Of a DNA stretch of 64,000 nucleotides, positions 47,601 to 54,419 are shown piece by piece. Source of the DNA: Candidatus Obscuribacterales bacterium (GTDB taxonomy: Bacteria; Cyanobacteriota; Vampirovibrionia; Obscuribacterales; Obscuribacteraceae); assembly GCA_965228855.1 (NCBI GenBank), contig CBDDIJ010000005.1:635856-699855 (forward strand), written 5' to 3'. The notes below the pieces were generated by a model, which had not been told where the DNA came from, did not search any database, and saw nothing but the letters and a program-made list of their open reading frames with translations. Within the stretch, counting starts at the first letter, position 1; the number at the start of each line of letters is the position of its first letter. The translations under genes and the position numbers were made by a program.

Positions 47601-50600
47601 GATGTCCAGACGATCTGCCGAGCCCGCTCCAATTTGTTGTGCAGTCAATATCAATGTCGGCGCATTCAATCCGCCGGCAATATTGGCGTCAATAATCAGG
47701 TTAGTGGTCGCTGTCAGAGCGATGCTGCTTGTGCCGGTTACCGCGCCATTGAGGGTGAAGAAGCCACCCGACGTCGTCAAATTGACCGCATTGGCGTCGA
47801 TCGTACCAGCCACTGTGCTGGTGATGTTTCCAGTGGCGTTGAGGAGGAACACATCGAAGGCACCGGATGCACCATTGACGTTGATACCGCCCGCCGTATC
47901 ACTGATAAACACGTTGGCGATTGGTGCGTTCGCGGTCAAGTTGACAGCATCAATGCTCAGCGCCCCACCGACACCGAGAGCGCCGATTTCACCATTGTTT
48001 ACCAGCAGGTTGAGCTGGTTGACGGCCCCACCTGAAGTGAACAAACCACCTGCGATGCTTGAATTGAGAATTGAATCATTAGAAACGAGGTTGATCGTTT
48101 GCGCGTCGACAAAAGCATCAAGCACGAGCTTGCCACCAACTGCAGTCAGTGAAGCCGTTGTTCCGGCAGTCACCGTTCCACTGCTGGTCAGATCGACAGG
48201 AGCGCTTGCCGTGAAGAACGTTCCAGCGCTGCTTGCGCCGGGACCAAAGTTCATATTGCCCGTGGTATCAACCAGCGTGACGGAACCTGTCGCGTTCGCC
48301 ACCACATTCGTGAAATCAACAGTCGTAATGTTGATGTCGTTCAAGCTGCTGAGATTGATATTCGGAGCGAACAATCCACCAGAAATTGACGCATCGCTTA
48401 TTGTTGCGCCGGAGAACAAATTGATCGTGAGCGCAGTCACTGGTCCGTCAAGGACAAAGCTACCGGTCGACGTTGCATCTACGTCAAATGTGATTGTGCC
48501 ACCCGCAAAGACAGCAGAATTGCTGGTCAAGTTACCGTTGGCAATAGTTACGGTGATATCCCCGCCCGCTGATGTGTCGTCGACACCAAAATTGAAGCCA
48601 TTCGCATCAGACAGGATGATGTCCCCGGAGGCGATTGCCGAAAGATTAACGAAGTCAATCGTTGAGAGATTGATCGAATTCGAGAAACTGTTCAGATTAA
48701 TCTGTGGGGCAGACACTCCACCAGTCACGCTGGCGTTCACAATCGAGTCGTCGGATCTCAGGGATACTGATGTTGTACCAGTGACCGAACCTGCAAGAGT
48801 CAAACCGCCACCAGTAGCCTCAAGGGCAACTACATCCGCGGCGATCGCTCCGGAGCTGGAGAGATCATCGAAAGCAACAATGTCGATTGTCGATAAAGCA
48901 GTTGCACTGACAATGTTCGTCGAGAAGATATCGCGAACAAACGCAGAGCCGGCGGTAGCCGAAAGCGTGAGATTGTCGGAGTCGACGGTGAAGCGAGACG
49001 AATCGTCGGTTCCGATACTTCCCGTATTAGCATCGAGGGTAATGGTAGGTGCGATAACAGCACTTCCAACAACGTTTGTGATGTTGGTTTCCGCCAATAA
49101 ATTGGCGGCGGTCGTCGCCGTCACATCAGAGCCGAGGTTGATTGCCCCAAGTTCAGAGGTGAGATTCACGGTGTCAGCCGAAATCGTGCCGGTGCTCGTG
49201 ATATCTCCCGCAGTGGCAACGATGTTGAACGAGTTAAGCGCACTGCTTCCACCTGCATTATCGGCAAGATTGACGCCGTTTGCAGCCCGCACGAATACAT
49301 CGCCGAAGCCGGCGTTAGCGGTGAGGTCAGTCACATCAACGTTCAGATAGTCGCCAGATGCACCGATGTCACCGCTGTACGACGTCAGATTGAGAGCCGG
49401 CGTCGACAAGCCACCAACTAGATTGGCGTTAAGAATATCGTCATCAGAAGCTATGCTGACGGCTGTGACTGCAGTGACCAGGTTATTCAACTGAACGAAT
49501 GCAGAACCGGACGAAAGGTTGACTTCATCACCCGATAGAGGACCATTGACAGTGACACCATTCTCGCCGTCCAGGCTGATGTCATCAGTCGTCGTGATGT
49601 TCTGAGTCGTCAACTGATTGTCCGCTTGCATAAACACCGGACCGCTGGCGTTCACGTTGCCGCCGGAATTGATGTCATTACCGGCGTAGATGTCTATAGA
49701 TGTTCCAGAAGTGATGTCCGAAACGATAACATCGTTGTTGGCGAAGACAAACACGTCCGTGCCGGTGTTGAGTGCGCCGTTAACAGTTGCATCATTGCCT
49801 GCCACGATACTGATGGATGACGTCGCGGATGTGACGTCGCCGTTTGTGGTGATATCACTGCCATCGATACTGATCAAATCAACTGCGTTCAATACATCGA
49901 GCGTATCAACGTCTCCACCGGTGGAGCTGATGAACAGACCGAATCCGGAGTTAACAGAGCTGTTGACACTGATGTCACCGACTGCGGAGATGACCACATC
50001 CCCTGTATTCGTCGTTATGGCGCCGAGTGTGGTGAGTGTCGATTGAGAATCGATAGAGACGAGGTTACCGGCGGAAAGTGTATTTGAAGTCGTCACACCG
50101 TTGCCGCTGATATCGATGTCGACGCCGGCGGAAACCAATCCGGTTATGTTGGCAGTTCCGACGTTCGCAGCCAGAATCACAGAGCCGGAGGTAGCGGAAA
50201 CAGTTCCGAGAGTTTGAATCGAGTCTCCGGAAATCGTGGCGTCACCACCGGCGGTGATGCCCTGGAACGTTGTAATGTTGCCGCCGGTCGCAAAGAGTGT
50301 GACATCACCAGCCGCGTTGACAGTGTCGAAAGTATTTATCGCGCCGTTCGCGGTCGCAAAAACATCACCATTAGCGGAAACCGGTCCACTCGTGGAGATC
50401 GAGCCGTTAGAGTCCAGATCGATATTATTGTCAGCCGTCAACGCTGCACTCGCCGTTAGAGTGGTGTTGGCTGATAGAGCAATATTGCCGCCAGCTGTGA
50501 TGTCGTTCTGAACATCAATCGAATCGGCAGTGATATCGGTCGAGTTGCCGCTGTCGATTGTTCCGACATTGCTGAATGCTCCATCGGCAACAAGACCGAT

Positions 50601-53600
50601 GTTGAACTGGGCAAACGAATTACCCAAAACGGTGACGTCGTTCAAATCGTGGATGTAAGCAGAGCCGTTGGTGGCCGTGAAGGTCAAATTGTCAGCATCG
50701 ATATCGAGGTCGTTCGAAACCGAACCAATATCTCCTGCTGTGGAGGTCAACTCAAGGTTGGCAACTGCGCCGCCGAAGCCGTTGCTCAAGCCACCCGAGA
50801 TGCTGGTGTTGAGAATTGAGTTGGCGGATGTAAGCTTGATGCTGTTGGTACCAGCCACAGCTCCATCGAGATCAAAACCGCCTGCAGTGGCAGTGAGATT
50901 CACATCAGTAGCGAACACAGAGCCGGTGCTAGTCAGGTTGTTCGCAGCCGTGACTTCAAATGTCGAGAGGGCAGACGATGCGCCTGGTCCGAGGTTAACT
51001 GAGTTCGGATCGGAGAACCAGACGTTGCCATTTGCGGCGTTCAACGTGACGCTCTGCGCATCAAGGTTCAACGGAAGCGCCGAATTCGTTCCTATATTTG
51101 CGAGCAACGAAGTCAGATTGATTCGAGGCGAAACCAGAGATGCTCCGAGGTCGACAGTTTGAATACTTTGACCGGCCGTGAGATTGATCGAAGTCAATCC
51201 TGTGATGACAGTACCGGCACCCAGAGTGAAGACACCGTTAGTGGCGGTCAAGTCAACAACGTTTGCAGTGATGTTGCTTGTGTTACTGATACCGAAATCA
51301 GCGGTTAATTTCAATGTTCCGAAAACGTTCGAGGCACCGCCGCCGAGATTGACAGAGTTCAAATCCGTCAGTGTTGCGCTGCCGTTTGGAGCAGTGATGC
51401 GGAGGTCGTCGACGTCAATGATGAGCGAGCTGACCGAGCCGATGTTGGCTAGGTCAGATTGAACGGAAAGAACGGGTGATGTTATCTGAGCCGTACCTTC
51501 GACATTGAAGCTGGCGCGCAGGTCGACTCCACTCACACCGGTGATGGTGTTGAGAATATTGATGTTACCGCCTGACGAGCGCAGAGTGACGGTATCACCC
51601 GCGATGGCGCCCGAGTTACTCAGGGTGCCCTGAGCTAAAATGTTGAAGTCGCCTTGAACCGTGGCAGCAAGGAGGTTGACCTCGTCGATGTCCTGGACGT
51701 AAACCGAACCCAGCGGAGCGTCTACGTAGAGGTTATTTGCATCCACGCGCACTCTTTGAGAGACCGAACCGATATCGGTGTTCTGTGATACCAGATTGAC
51801 TGTGGGTGCCGAGACGAGAGAACCGACTCCGGCGCCGATGATGCCGTTGACAGAGGTAAAGTTGATTGTTCCGAAATTACTCGTCACGGAAGAGCCGGTC
51901 AGAGTCGTGATGGTGTCGGCATCAACGAACACATCTACGTTGGTCAGCGAGTTGCGCACGAAGGTGACGTTTGCGTCAACTCCGACTCCTGGTCCTGCGA
52001 TCAAGCCGTTTCCTGACGCTATGGTTCCGTTGAGGTTGTAAACGATGTTGCCACCGTTGGACGATATAGGCTGAGTTGTCGTGATGTTGATTTGGCCGGT
52101 GGAGGTGTTGCCACCGGTCGTGTTTATAAATCCGACGTTGACTGCATTGCCATTTTGCAAACCAGCGATGATCGTGACATTACCATTGGCATCACCAGCC
52201 GTTCTGCCGCCGGTATTGATCGTCGTCGTTCCACCACCGATGTTGACACGTCCGGAGCCGACGGTTCCGCCTTCAAATGCAGCGAGCAATACGTTGCCGC
52301 CCGCTCCGGCTGCGCCAGTTGAACGAGACGAGATCGTGACGTTATTTCCGAGGAGGATGCTACCACCGGTAGCGGAAGCGAGCCCGGTAAGCGTTGTCCC
52401 TTGTGCGGTTCCTCCGCCGGGCAGAGTGGTGGAGTTCGTTCCAGCTACAAGTTGATCGGCGCCAGCTACGATTGTTATCGGGTAACCGGTCGCACCATCG
52501 CCAGCCGTGATAGTGATGTTGTTGACGCTGGATACGTTTCCACTGGCAATGATCGCCAGTTGTTCATTGACCGTAATGTTGCCGGCAATTGTGATATTCC
52601 CGCTATCATTTTTGAATGTTGGGTCGCCGGTCAGGCAAACTTCGCCAAGAACCAGCTCATCGGTTGAGGCGGTGACATGGGCTTCGGATCCCGTTTGATT
52701 CAAAACACCTGTCAGTTCGCCGACATGCGTTTGCATCACGCCGTTACCAGCGTTCAAGTTCAATTCCTTCGAGAAGAAATCACCACCGGTAACGTTGGTG
52801 TTGAATGCGCCGGCATATTCTGAGTTTCTTACATTGATAGCGTTTGCAGCGGTGAAGGTACCGCCACCTGCATTGACATTCAACTCGGCTGTCGTGGGAC
52901 CATCAATATTGATATCGCCCTTGAGCGATGTGACGGAGCCGGAATTTAAAATGTTTGGTGCGTTGAGATTTACGTCACGCTTAGCGCTGACTTCAGACGC
53001 GTTTGTCAGGGTGTCGCCCGCGCTGAGTGTCAAATTGCCTTTGGACGTTATGGTGCCATAGTTCGAGAGGTTGCCGCTAGCAAACAAGCCGAGGTCTGTT
53101 TCGGAGGATATAAGTGCTCCGGCTTGGTTGGTGATATCGTCGGCGCGAATTGCTCCACCATTTTTGTGGCTCGAATAGGTGTGAACAGTTCCGGCGTTAG
53201 TTAAGTCGCCCAAAAGTTTGAAATCTGAGCGTTTGCTGAAGTCACCATATGTGGTGACGTTGACAGGAACAACGAGGTCGGATGCTCTCATCACGTCATT
53301 ATTTGAGGTGATGCTGCCGAGATCGACTTCACCACCGATCGCCGAACCGGAATTGTCGATTGTGATTTTCTGAGAGTTGCCAGAAAGGATTTGTTTAACG
53401 GCGATATACTCCGCCGCGCTCACTTGCGAACCAGCCTGAACTGTTTTGGTTTCGCCGCCGACGTTGATTTCAACTGCGGAAACCTTGCCGAACAGATTAT
53501 TACCGAGCGTGATGTTGCGCGTCGTGGAAGTGAGGTCGAGACTCACACCACCGCGTATATTGACAAGATTACTATCGACTTGCTGAATCGACTGATTGAT

Positions 53601-53933
53601 AACACCTTGACGTTCGAGACGTTTTTCAATCCGCCTTGTAGTACCGGTGACTCGGACAGCATCGCTTATCGAGCTGACAGCCGGCATCGGGATAGAAGGA
53701 ATCGAGATAACGGCTGGATCGGCGCTCCGGCCGCCGCCACCAAATTCGGTGCGATACATTCTGCGCAATGCGCTGCGGTCGATACCGGCATTCGCATCGC
53801 GAAATTCGCGGAAGCTAGGTCTATCGTCTGCGGCTGCAGCTGAGTGAGCCGCCACGAGAAACAGGGAAGCGCTGATTACGCCAGCCCATCTTCTGCTGAA
53901 CGAATTTCTTACACGTACGCTCTTCTTACTCAT
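41676..53933 (-). CDS. giant secreted beta-helix-repeat protein, paralog 3 (~4085 aa from the MSKK start), unclassified family
   Basis: The track ORF extends to 54128. The ATG at 53933 (GGGGGA upstream) gives MSKKSVRVRNSFSRRWAGVISASLFLVAAHSAAA|ADD, which is collinear with the starts of paralogs 1 and 2. Same five-part architecture, ending ...KPKTVALNW. Confidence 0.85.
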   Translation of the reverse strand: MSKKSVRVRNSFSRRWAGVISASLFLVAAHSAAAADDRPSFREFRDANAGIDRSALRRMYRTEFGGGGRSADPAVISIPSIPMPAVSSISDAVRVTGTTRRIEKRLERQGVINQSIQQVDSNLVNIRGGVSLDLTSTTRNITLGNNLFGKVSAVEINVGGETKTVQAGSQVSAAEYIAVKQILSGNSQKITIDNSGSAIGGEVDLGSITSNNDVMRASDLVVPVNVTTYGDFSKRSDFKLLGDLTNAGTVHTYSSHKNGGAIRADDITNQAGALISSETDLGLFASGNLSNYGTITSKGNLTLSAGDTLTNASEVSAKRDVNLNAPNILNSGSVTSLKGDINIDGPTTAELNVNAGGGTFTAANAINVRNSEYAGAFNTNVTGGDFFSKELNLNAGNGVMQTHVGELTGVLNQTGSEAHVTASTDELVLGEVCLTGDPTFKNDSGNITIAGNITVNEQLAIIASGNVSSVNNITITAGDGATGYPITIVAGADQLVAGTNSTTLPGGGTAQGTTLTGLASATGGSILLGNNVTISSRSTGAAGAGGNVLLAAFEGGTVGSGRVNIGGGTTTINTGGRTAGDANGNVTIIAGLQNGNAVNVGFINTTGGNTSTGQINITTTQPISSNGGNIVYNLNGTIASGNGLIAGPGVGVDANVTFVRNSLTNVDVFVDADTITTLTGSSVTSNFGTINFTSVNGIIGAGVGSLVSAPTVNLVSQNTDIGSVSQRVRVDANNLYVDAPLGSVYVQDIDEVNLLAATVQGDFNILAQGTLSNSGAIAGDTVTLRSSGGNINILNTITGVSGVDLRASFNVEGTAQITSPVLSVQSDLANIGSVSSLIIDVDDLRITAPNGSATLTDLNSVNLGGGASNVFGTLKLTADFGISNTSNITANVVDLTATNGVFTLGAGTVITGLTSINLTAGQSIQTVDLGASLVSPRINLTSLLANIGTNSALPLNLDAQSVTLNAANGNVWFSDPNSVNLGPGASSALSTFEVTAANNLTSTGSVFATDVNLTATAGGFDLDGAVAGTNSIKLTSANSILNTSISGGLSNGFGGAVANLELTSTAGDIGSVSNDLDIDADNLTFTATNGSAYIHDLNDVTVLGNSFAQFNIGLVADGAFSNVGTIDSGNSTDITADSIDVQNDITAGGNIALSANTTLTASAALTADNNIDLDSNGSISTSGPVSANGDVFATANGAINTFDTVNAAGDVTLFATGGNITTFQGITAGGDATISGDSIQTLGTVSATSGSVILAANVGTANITGLVSAGVDIDISGNGVTTSNTLSAGNLVSIDSQSTLTTLGAITTNTGDVVISAVGDISVNSSVNSGFGLFISSTGGDVDTLDVLNAVDLISIDGSDITTNGDVTSATSSISIVAGNDATVNGALNTGTDVFVFANNDVIVSDITSGTSIDIYAGNDINSGGNVNASGPVFMQADNQLTTQNITTTDDISLDGENGVTVNGPLSGDEVNLSSGSAFVQLNNLVTAVTAVSIASDDDILNANLVGGLSTPALNLTSYSGDIGASGDYLNVDVTDLTANAGFGDVFVRAANGVNLADNAGGSSALNSFNIVATAGDITSTGTISADTVNLTSELGAINLGSDVTATTAANLLAETNITNVVGSAVIAPTITLDANTGSIGTDDSSRFTVDSDNLTLSATAGSAFVRDIFSTNIVSATALSTIDIVAFDDLSSSGAIAADVVALEATGGGLTLAGSVTGTTSVSLRSDDSIVNASVTGGVSAPQINLNSFSNSINLSTIDFVNLSAIASGDIILSDANGFNFGVDDTSAGGDITVTIANGNLTSNSAVFAGGTITFDVDATSTGSFVLDGPVTALTINLFSGATISDASISGGLFAPNINLSSLNDINITTVDFTNVVANATGSVTLVDTTGNMNFGPGASSAGTFFTASAPVDLTSSGTVTAGTTASLTAVGGKLVLDAFVDAQTINLVSNDSILNSSIAGGLFTSGGAVNQLNLLVNNGEIGALGVGGALSIDAVNLTANAPIANVFISDTAGGINVNGASGAFDVFLLNATGNITSTVAGTIDANAVNLTTSGGFFTLNGAVTGTSSIALTATTNLIIDANIAGGLNAPTLILTAQQIGAGSADRLDINTDNLIATATAGGVFVADADDLDVNSASATASIDIVATGNLHSSGLISAGDDVTLRAVNGDFLLNGEVRAVDTITLRSFDSILNANIAGGLTGAGGTAAVANLVLTSDNGDIGAGLDTLKIDAVNLGANTPAGSVFITDDGHLGDDNINVNVASAAQDTFELTANTDLTSSAGISGTTVFLNALGGSFTLAGSVQGLAEINLTSNGTIDNAAVVGGLSSPQINLASSANNIDITSIDFAQVSALAANGYVNLADANDISIGADSSLSGISFTVTAAGSVTVTGAITAGTTLSLTATGGSVNVNAPLEAVTIALSSNDSILDANVVGGLTADNFNFESTAGDISLSSLNLTNVIANAFGFVSLSDTTDSMTFNGASSAGTSFTAVAPINLNSTAAGTITAVDVDLTATGGAFDLDGAVTGTTSIKLTSSASILDANVSGGLNSGIGIPAAFLDLTSTNGNIGDILDFLNVDADVLRANAATGTVFVEDANNITLGGGSSAAGVAFGILSGGDITVNSNVTAPIVALTAGDDIILNADVAGATGVSLNAGDELTQTAGIVSGGLLTVDFGAASATLSTNVAQLTTVGDATDLTVLEADNIQLLSQVVDVLDVNSANGSITTGADLSLTALVLTSDTGNIDISNNITATGAVTFDTSTGNGSITQTAGTLITTPLLTMFSAAGGIGTGALPIRVVGTGAGAITVIAEAVGGDVNITYTGTNTISLDGSTGNNNFSVAALTGTIQTLDDIDGTGHLKLTTSNIIHSNTFDFDTIEVATAGSGSNLTISGTGGFFNSENGTTFDTLEGDMTFAGNTTFGGNGEAILTVKDLGGINNFFTVNGGVSVVGQNQLTVNACDLILTGSLSGNPLVVNCADAGTIANNNGSGDVNLSGNIIFNGGPFAIIASGNINTSGATLIDLTGTTNGGNLTLMAGVTFTPTTPGQTQNADTYTITGFSTQGGNINLSTVNILTVGNNGNGGAVTAIANNGITNAGIVNLGNIDTSGTATSGQVRIIGAGGVFTGDIDTTGGITSGNINIAVAKPVISGTIFVQNGAVTGGSFTTGVATNGDVLVGNITAPGRDVTILGALGAGDDISQRVATSIASNKLIVNTGVGTATFASTSVGELNTSGGGAITLLNEADGIILNGVAGVGQDVVINAGGTITVQGTGVNVDQLTLTGNSASGNAIVINAATTANDVDLISATGNIQLGAALTGNNSVDFNSNGAITQTAGTVSGNALSVSFGSGPVTLNTSVASLTTLSAGTLTINEANDITIGSQAVTALTVNSTAGNITTSADFLVNDLTLTATAGTIGITNDITATNSATLTASGGMTTTLGGSVITNNAVLSSAGAIGTDSANRFTIVANNMRVAAAQNAFVNNTLAGAVVLGNSIATNTLDIFTVGDLTGAGTASSANTVLATGGKFALTGALTGTTTLTLTANNNIVNADLTGTLTTPSLKLTSVTGSIGVDENNPFNVAAGIGTISGNALAATGSVFINSASTVGVNFAESTAGNDLSLASAGALTVTGDLTSVNGDLSVLGSGGFLTIGDNTTLTAFSSINVINTTSDKKAKLILGTGSTIVTNAKIAGLGDVTIAIGPSILPPGGNKTPKFTTVVENGGTVSFSGRRAKGLSPQNIFTAQGADILVSNNLRNNLIEIRGGVTVTADPPVPVGTPVYISYGKGVMHGADATTSSPAATTDSAFASELISSAPVASTAALQLVSLNNMTATNSLGSSNLLNSSDSATNLATASTNGLAGAVSTTADNSYMTTNAPSSMTFDVQLCTDMELGFSAGENGVSTRPHSDCVTMDHGSVLFVASKDTTVVSPKGTVKLAAGAIALVVADATHLSVYDVNDHHKRSVEVEVGGRSIPLAPGRHVTVTNDKCAQFAEVNAIEAMMHRNVGHHDMGNGRKAFTTEFSLPGAIQVLKPLKALLSSKHPEAQKVAAKVVKTSAIVLQLGQNGTAYEFHTKPKTVALNW
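42990..52540 (-). repeat. degenerate protein-level repeat body of giant gene 3 (expanded ~350-aa short-period block ~49480-50545; Cys module ~44350-45070)
   Basis: Same repeat grammar. The ~20-aa-period block (..AGGD.T...GD.I.T.G.V.A..) is roughly twice as long as in paralogs 1 and 2. Boundaries are approximate. Confidence 0.7.
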
Positions 53934-54419
53934 ATTTCCCCCGACTGGAATGTATGCTAAAGCGAGAAGACATGCGCCTTTTCCAGGCACAAACCTACTC
54001 GAATCTATTTTTAATTGGTCGTAGTTAACCGCGACACACGTCAAACCGAACCACAAGTCCGTCAAGCGCCGGATTCGAGTCGAGCCACGACTGTCATCCC
54101 AGGTCGACGCCTGCGGAAACTGGGTCAAAAGTTACCATGCTGGAGATCCGGTAATCTTAACTCCACGTGCGCAGGCTTTACGTGACAATGCTCACCTGCA
54201 CTGGGGGTACGGTGAAAACTCGAGCAAAGGATTGGGAAAATTTAAGATTAAACTCGGTTTCGGGGCGTTAGAAGTGCGCAATTAAGTTCGTACTTGTTAC
54301 ATTCTGACAACAGCGGCGATACCGTTTCTGATACCAGCACATACATGCATGCATCGAAAAATCAAATCGGTTCGTGGCCCGTACCTTTAATAGATAAACA
54401 CCAAGAACTTGACCACCAC

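Noticed and set aside
47188-49350. 720-aa ORF on the plus strand inside giant gene 3, plus many other long antisense ORFs in the giants (e.g. 42775-44094, 45808-46857, 47175-48035, 36022-36876, 25058-25762, 23771-24373, 20483-21073).
   Set aside because: All are fully embedded antisense to much longer ORFs that have a coherent, thrice-conserved domain architecture. Their translations are P/V/A/S/T-rich low-complexity mirror images of the sense repeats. They have no convincing RBS and are not conserved in position between the paralogs. The restricted codon repertoire of the repeats simply depletes antisense stop codons.
18193-53933. Calling the giants FhaB/TpsA haemagglutinins, CDI toxins, autotransporters or RTX adhesins.
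   Set aside because: No NPNL/NPNGI TPS motifs and no adjacent TpsB. The C-termini are conserved between copies rather than polymorphic, and no small immunity-like ORFs follow (the spacers are only 95-99 nt). There is no barrel-length amphipathic C-terminal domain. There are no GGxGxD nonapeptide arrays, and an N-terminal Sec signal is present. Only a generic beta-helix repeat resemblance remains, so the family is left unassigned.
18193-53933. Recent tandem duplication, gene conversion or assembly artefact as the explanation for three similar 12-kb genes.
   Set aside because: Stretches that are identical in protein differ at most synonymous sites (including AGT vs TCG Ser and AGA vs CGC Arg), and lengths and repeat blocks differ. 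The copies are therefore old and distinct at the DNA level. Only short near-identical runs of ~30 nt were seen.
18193-53933. CRISPR array or nucleotide-level tandem or satellite repeats.
   Set aside because: The periodicity is at the protein level and degenerate. There are no exact direct repeats with unique spacers, and everything lies in one open reading frame per gene.
53934-54128. 65-codon N-terminal extension of giant gene 3 in the longest-ORF call.
   Set aside because: It has no counterpart in paralogs 1 and 2. The alignment of all three starts exactly at MSKK (ATG 53933, with a G-rich SD). The extension has no signal-peptide character.
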